Sequence record: SRR20825006_999
DNA length: 64,000 bases
Direction: 5' to 3' (one strand)
Shown here: one piece after another, positions 60,347 to 64,000 of the stretch
Numbering within the stretch: the stretch's first letter is position 1
Layout of the letters: every line of letters begins with the position of its first letter
Translations under genes and position numbers: made by a program
Notes under the pieces: generated by a model
The model's input: only the letters and a program-made list of their open reading frames with translations
What the model was told of the DNA's origin: nothing
Databases searched by the model: none

Positions 60347-61980
60347 TATAGCCCTTCATTTACACCTAAAGCTAAACAGTTTTGCCAGCCTAACATTTGA
60401 ATAAGTTGAATTACAGTAGGAATTAAAACCATATCGAATTGACGATCAGCTCTTTCTATAAGATTTTTACTAAGCAATTCTATGAGTTCATCGTCTGTTT
60501 TACCATCCGCCTCAAGATTAGACTCAATAAAATCTACTACATATTCAAAAACACAAATTATTTTACCAGTCCAAGGTATTCGATCAGCTTCAAGCCCTTG
60601 AGGGCTTCCCTTACCATTTACCCATTCATGATGGGTTTTAATACCCTCTATTACATCATTAGAAATAGGCAATTGTGCAACCATAGTGGCTCCGGAAATA
60701 GGATGAGAAAGCTCGGACTCTATGCTTGCAATGTTGCTTAAGCCTGCGGCTCCTACGTAACCAATATCATGGAGCTTTGCGGTAAGTTTGATGATTTCTG
60801 TTTCATCATCTTCTAAGCCAAAAAGCATTGCAAATCTTTCTACAAAGGCTATTAGCCGAGGTGAATGGAATTGAGTTTTAGGTCTTTGAGATTCTATCTC
60901 GCGTAATATTGCGTAATAAGTATCAATCAATTCAAACGAAAATGTATGATTGTCTTCACGGTATGATAACAAACTACCAAGCATCGTCGATATCGTTTTA
61001 ATTATACCTTCTGCACGCTTTGAATGATCACCCTCTTCTTTTAATACCAACCACAAAAACCCATGTGTGTATTCACCTTTAATTGGAAATATAAACGGGA
61101 TAGTAGACTTCTTCTTAAATGAAAATGAACCACTATTTGATAATTCATAGTTGCCATTATCATAACTATAAAAAGCTTCAGAACTAGTAGATAGCAGACC
61201 AGCCCTAAATTCATCAGAGAGATTTTTTTGAGTAACTAGTACCGGCTTGCTACCAGCATACTCAACAACTGCACCTTGCTCTGCCTTAAGTGAATTAATT
61301 ATATAGAGTAATACTAATTGTGCTAAGCCTTGTGTGTTAAGAGCACCTGAACCTAAATTCTCAACAAGACTAGTAATTCGCGCTGTGTATTCTTTCTGTG
61401 ACTTCTTTTCTTTTTTGTCCAATTTTATAAGCCATTCAGAAAGTATTCTTCCTACAATCGATAACTTTGGCTCTACGCTATCGGGACTTTTTGTGTGTGG
61501 GCCAACTACATAAATGCCCCAAATCTCTCCTTGTTTGTTATAAATAGGAATGTGTTCACAATTACCAATAGTGTGAGATGATATTCCGTGTCCCCTAAAC
61601 TCATCGTCCCATTGTCTCTTTTTTTCTAGATTCTGTATTTGATTTTCAAAAACTTGAATCGATTCTTTTTCTTGTAGTGTGTATTTTTTTGATTCTGACT
61701 CATTTTTATCCTTTTTGAGCAAATTTTCTACAAACATATGCCTTCTTGCAAGAAGCAGAGACTCACCTTCTTTCTTATAGACAAAATGTAAAGGTGCTCT
61801 ATATAGAATATCAATCCAACTTGCTATATCAGAGAAAGAAGGTAATTCTTTCCTAGACATATGTTCAGCAGAGAGGGACCAGAATTCTAGTTCATCTTCA
61901 ATTCCAAATGTTTCCATTGCAAAAGCCTTACCTAGGCGAGAGCTAACGGTATTTAAATAATCCTTTACATCTTTAATCAT
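60346..61980 (-). CDS. GAF-like plus degenerate HD-GYP domain protein
   Basis: TQFHSPR, LHDIG, HPISG, HHEWVNGKGSPQGL, IPWTGKII and QFD. Confidence 0.75.
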   Translation of the reverse strand: MIKDVKDYLNTVSSRLGKAFAMETFGIEDELEFWSLSAEHMSRKELPSFSDIASWIDILYRAPLHFVYKKEGESLLLARRHMFVENLLKKDKNESESKKYTLQEKESIQVFENQIQNLEKKRQWDDEFRGHGISSHTIGNCEHIPIYNKQGEIWGIYVVGPHTKSPDSVEPKLSIVGRILSEWLIKLDKKEKKSQKEYTARITSLVENLGSGALNTQGLAQLVLLYIINSLKAEQGAVVEYAGSKPVLVTQKNLSDEFRAGLLSTSSEAFYSYDNGNYELSNSGSFSFKKKSTIPFIFPIKGEYTHGFLWLVLKEEGDHSKRAEGIIKTISTMLGSLLSYREDNHTFSFELIDTYYAILREIESQRPKTQFHSPRLIAFVERFAMLFGLEDDETEIIKLTAKLHDIGYVGAAGLSNIASIESELSHPISGATMVAQLPISNDVIEGIKTHHEWVNGKGSPQGLEADRIPWTGKIICVFEYVVDFIESNLEADGKTDDELIELLSKNLIERADRQFDMVLIPTVIQLIQMLGWQNCLALGVNEGL

Positions 61981-61989
61981 AACAAAGCC

Positions 61990-63621
61990 TCAATAAGCAG
62001 AGTAGTAAAAATAATCCAGATGCTTAAAAAATTTCTTAGCTAATAAGCCAGAAATTAAAGCAAAAGTAATTGAACCAAAAATTAAACCCACCGTTGCGTA
62101 TTCAAATGAAAATACACGGCTACATATAAAGCCTACAATTAGGTTAACTCCTAGTGATGGAATCATTGAATACAGTACAAATTCAGGACGATTCATCGTA
62201 AAAAAGAACAATGAATTTAAAAGTCCATAAATTAGAAATACATATCCAAAACTTGCCATCCAAAAAACTTTAAAAGTAATCGGGTTGGCGAAAAAATCTT
62301 TTATTTCGGGCACTTTATCTTCAAATACTCTAAGAGAGAGTACGCCATAGTACGTCACGATAATAGAAATAATGCTTATAACAAGAAGCAAAACTATTTG
62401 AGTGATATAAAACCGTTTGAAATACCTATTAAAGTACTTAATTCCACTGAGTTTGGCTTTCTTTTGAACTGGTATAATATTCTTGGAGAATAACTGGATA
62501 CTAAATTCTAGCATTGCAACAGTTAAAACCAGAGTTATTAAAGCCCAATCCATTCCCAATTCATAGGGTGTATTGAACCAAATTATATACGGTGGAATAA
62601 TTTCTCCAGTAGACCATGCTAGTAACCTATCTACGAAAAGGAAACTAAAATAAGAGAAGCCATACACAAAATATCGGTAGTTATTGTAATAGCTTACTTC
62701 AGTATTTGGTAAAGATTGCTTAAATAATTGTTGCCTTAAAGAGCGAATTTTAAATTGGTAGTAAACAATAAAGTAAACTGTTAGAACTACTGTGGATGCA
62801 ATGATTCCAATCCATTGTGATATATATATACCAAAGTTTAGTACTTCCATACCAAATATTACTACTGCTGTACCTACTAAAACGCTAACAAGTATCACTG
62901 CTCGTTGTTCACTAGCGTATAACACCGCTGCAGCAAGCATCATAAATGAGATTAAAATTAAGTAGGTCATCGAAAGAAATACCATTTTTAATGGATAAAA
63001 TGGTAAGATGACATTCAAACCAATTAGCAATAATACTGAAAGTAGAATTACAGGAATTGCTAGCTTAAGCACCCCTTTAATGGCCTTATAAGCTAAAAAA
63101 TAGTTCTCTTCGCCTTTATATTTAGAAACTAAACGCCCTAAAACCTGAATAAAACCACCAGTTAAAACAAATGCGGCAATGGTTCCAAAAGCAATAACAG
63201 AAGCTTGAGCTTCATTAAAATACAACCAGGCCCAAAGTGCATATTGAAAAATAATAATGGCTACGATTTGTGATATCATTGGCAGTGAGAACAAAAGGCC
63301 TGCGCTATAATATTTCAAGAACATTGTTACGCTATCACTGAAATTACCAAGCTTTATATGCTCCTCTTCCTCAACTTGATCCTGTTTAGAATAGCGTTTC
63401 TTTATTTTTGTATAAACGTCTTCAGCTAATTCAAAAACAGTTGGATAATTAAAATCGCTTATAGCATCAACATCTCTAATTCCAATAGACTCAATGGTAG
63501 CCGCCACAGCCCAGCTACTAACAGGATTACCAACAAGTTCTTCTACTTTATTAACTATGTCATTGAATCGATCTTCTGGTGTAAACTCAACTTCAGGAAG
63601 AATATCAGTGTGCGTACTCAT
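61990..63621 (-). CDS. Divergent PelG-like exopolysaccharide exporter
   Basis: About 12 TM segments, FVDRLLAW and YELGMD; directly downstream of the PelF-like GT4. Confidence 0.65.
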   Translation of the reverse strand: MSTHTDILPEVEFTPEDRFNDIVNKVEELVGNPVSSWAVAATIESIGIRDVDAISDFNYPTVFELAEDVYTKIKKRYSKQDQVEEEEHIKLGNFSDSVTMFLKYYSAGLLFSLPMISQIVAIIIFQYALWAWLYFNEAQASVIAFGTIAAFVLTGGFIQVLGRLVSKYKGEENYFLAYKAIKGVLKLAIPVILLSVLLLIGLNVILPFYPLKMVFLSMTYLILISFMMLAAAVLYASEQRAVILVSVLVGTAVVIFGMEVLNFGIYISQWIGIIASTVVLTVYFIVYYQFKIRSLRQQLFKQSLPNTEVSYYNNYRYFVYGFSYFSFLFVDRLLAWSTGEIIPPYIIWFNTPYELGMDWALITLVLTVAMLEFSIQLFSKNIIPVQKKAKLSGIKYFNRYFKRFYITQIVLLLVISIISIIVTYYGVLSLRVFEDKVPEIKDFFANPITFKVFWMASFGYVFLIYGLLNSLFFFTMNRPEFVLYSMIPSLGVNLIVGFICSRVFSFEYATVGLIFGSITFALISGLLAKKFFKHLDYFYYSAY

Positions 63622-64000
63622 ATTCCCTCCTTTTTAGATACTCAACAAGCTCTAATACCGATTCTACACTTACATTATTCTTTAATATTTCTTTATCATT
63701 GTTTAGCAGCTTCTGATAACTCTCGTAATATGCATTAACAGATTTATCGGTAGTAAAATTAAGGAGAACTTTTTCTCTAGCCTTAATCCCTAGCTCAATT
63801 CGGAGCCTGTCATCTTGTAATAATTTTACTACACCATTTGCAATTTCTTGTGGCTCCCGTGGTTTACACATAATACCACAGCCTTCAAGAGCATCTTTAA
63901 TACCCCCAACATCAGTAGCAACTACTGGCCTTTGACAACTCATAGACTCAATAACGGTGTAAGGAAACCCTTCAGATATGGATGTAAGGATAGAGATGTC
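63605..64000 (-). CDS. pelF: PelF-like GT4 glycosyltransferase (C-terminal part, truncated by the window edge)
   Basis: The frame is open to 64000 and reads DISILTSISEGFPYTVIESMSCQRPVVATDVGG, a GT4 EX7E motif in a PelF-like LTSISEG context. Confidence 0.7.
   Translation of the reverse strand, partial: DISILTSISEGFPYTVIESMSCQRPVVATDVGGIKDALEGCGIMCKPREPQEIANGVVKLLQDDRLRIELGIKAREKVLLNFTTDKSVNAYYESYQKLLNNDKEILKNNVSVESVLELVEYLKRREYEYAH

Noticed and set aside
2631-60741. Numerous 60-143 aa antisense or alternate-frame ORFs in the ORF track (e.g. 2631..3062, 4440..4700, 15879..16244, 31552..31866, 36158..36496, 38887..39219, 45242..45559, 60439..60741)
   Set aside because: They lie inside well-supported genes, have no recognisable motifs, and look like shadow ORFs.
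1-64000. tRNA, rRNA, CRISPR arrays, transposases, prophage genes
   Set aside because: All intergenic gaps are at most about 360 nt, and none shows a cloverleaf with a T-loop, repeat-spacer periodicity or mobile-element genes by eye.

Overview
AT-rich, gene-dense bacterial chromosome segment. Gene content and TAnnTTTG-like promoter elements suggest an FCB-group organism, probably Balneolota/Rhodothermota-like (inference). Most of the window is housekeeping: uvrD-family helicase, der, tonB, a rimB-like/rimK/aspartoacylase trio, nadD, bamD, polyprenyl synthase, fni, a sufBCDS-nfu-iscA-DUF2480 operon, manA, pta/ackA, greA, metG, a GH13 pullulanase, efp-accB-accC-gcvH-guaA and mltG. I saw no tRNA, rRNA, CRISPR array, transposase or phage gene. 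The best candidate for an undescribed system is a minus-strand Pel-like exopolysaccharide operon at 53566-64000, truncated at the window edge. It encodes a PelF-like GT4, a divergent PelG-like exporter, a GAF-like plus degenerate HD-GYP protein where PelD would be expected, a stand-alone PelA-type hydrolase lipoprotein, an unknown polytopic membrane protein, and a 1295-aa lipoprotein that appears to fuse a DUF2194-type deacetylase, a TPR-like scaffold and a C-terminal beta-barrel. Other leads are a terminator/antiterminator-like RNA element upstream of a CX4CH cytochrome c-YceI-DUF5777 operon, an SH3 plus pseudo-caspase lipoprotein between ackA and pta, two POTRA-less Omp85-like barrels, a palindromic operator on the suf promoter, and a terminator in the greA leader. 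All calls come from motif reading by eye; no searches were run.
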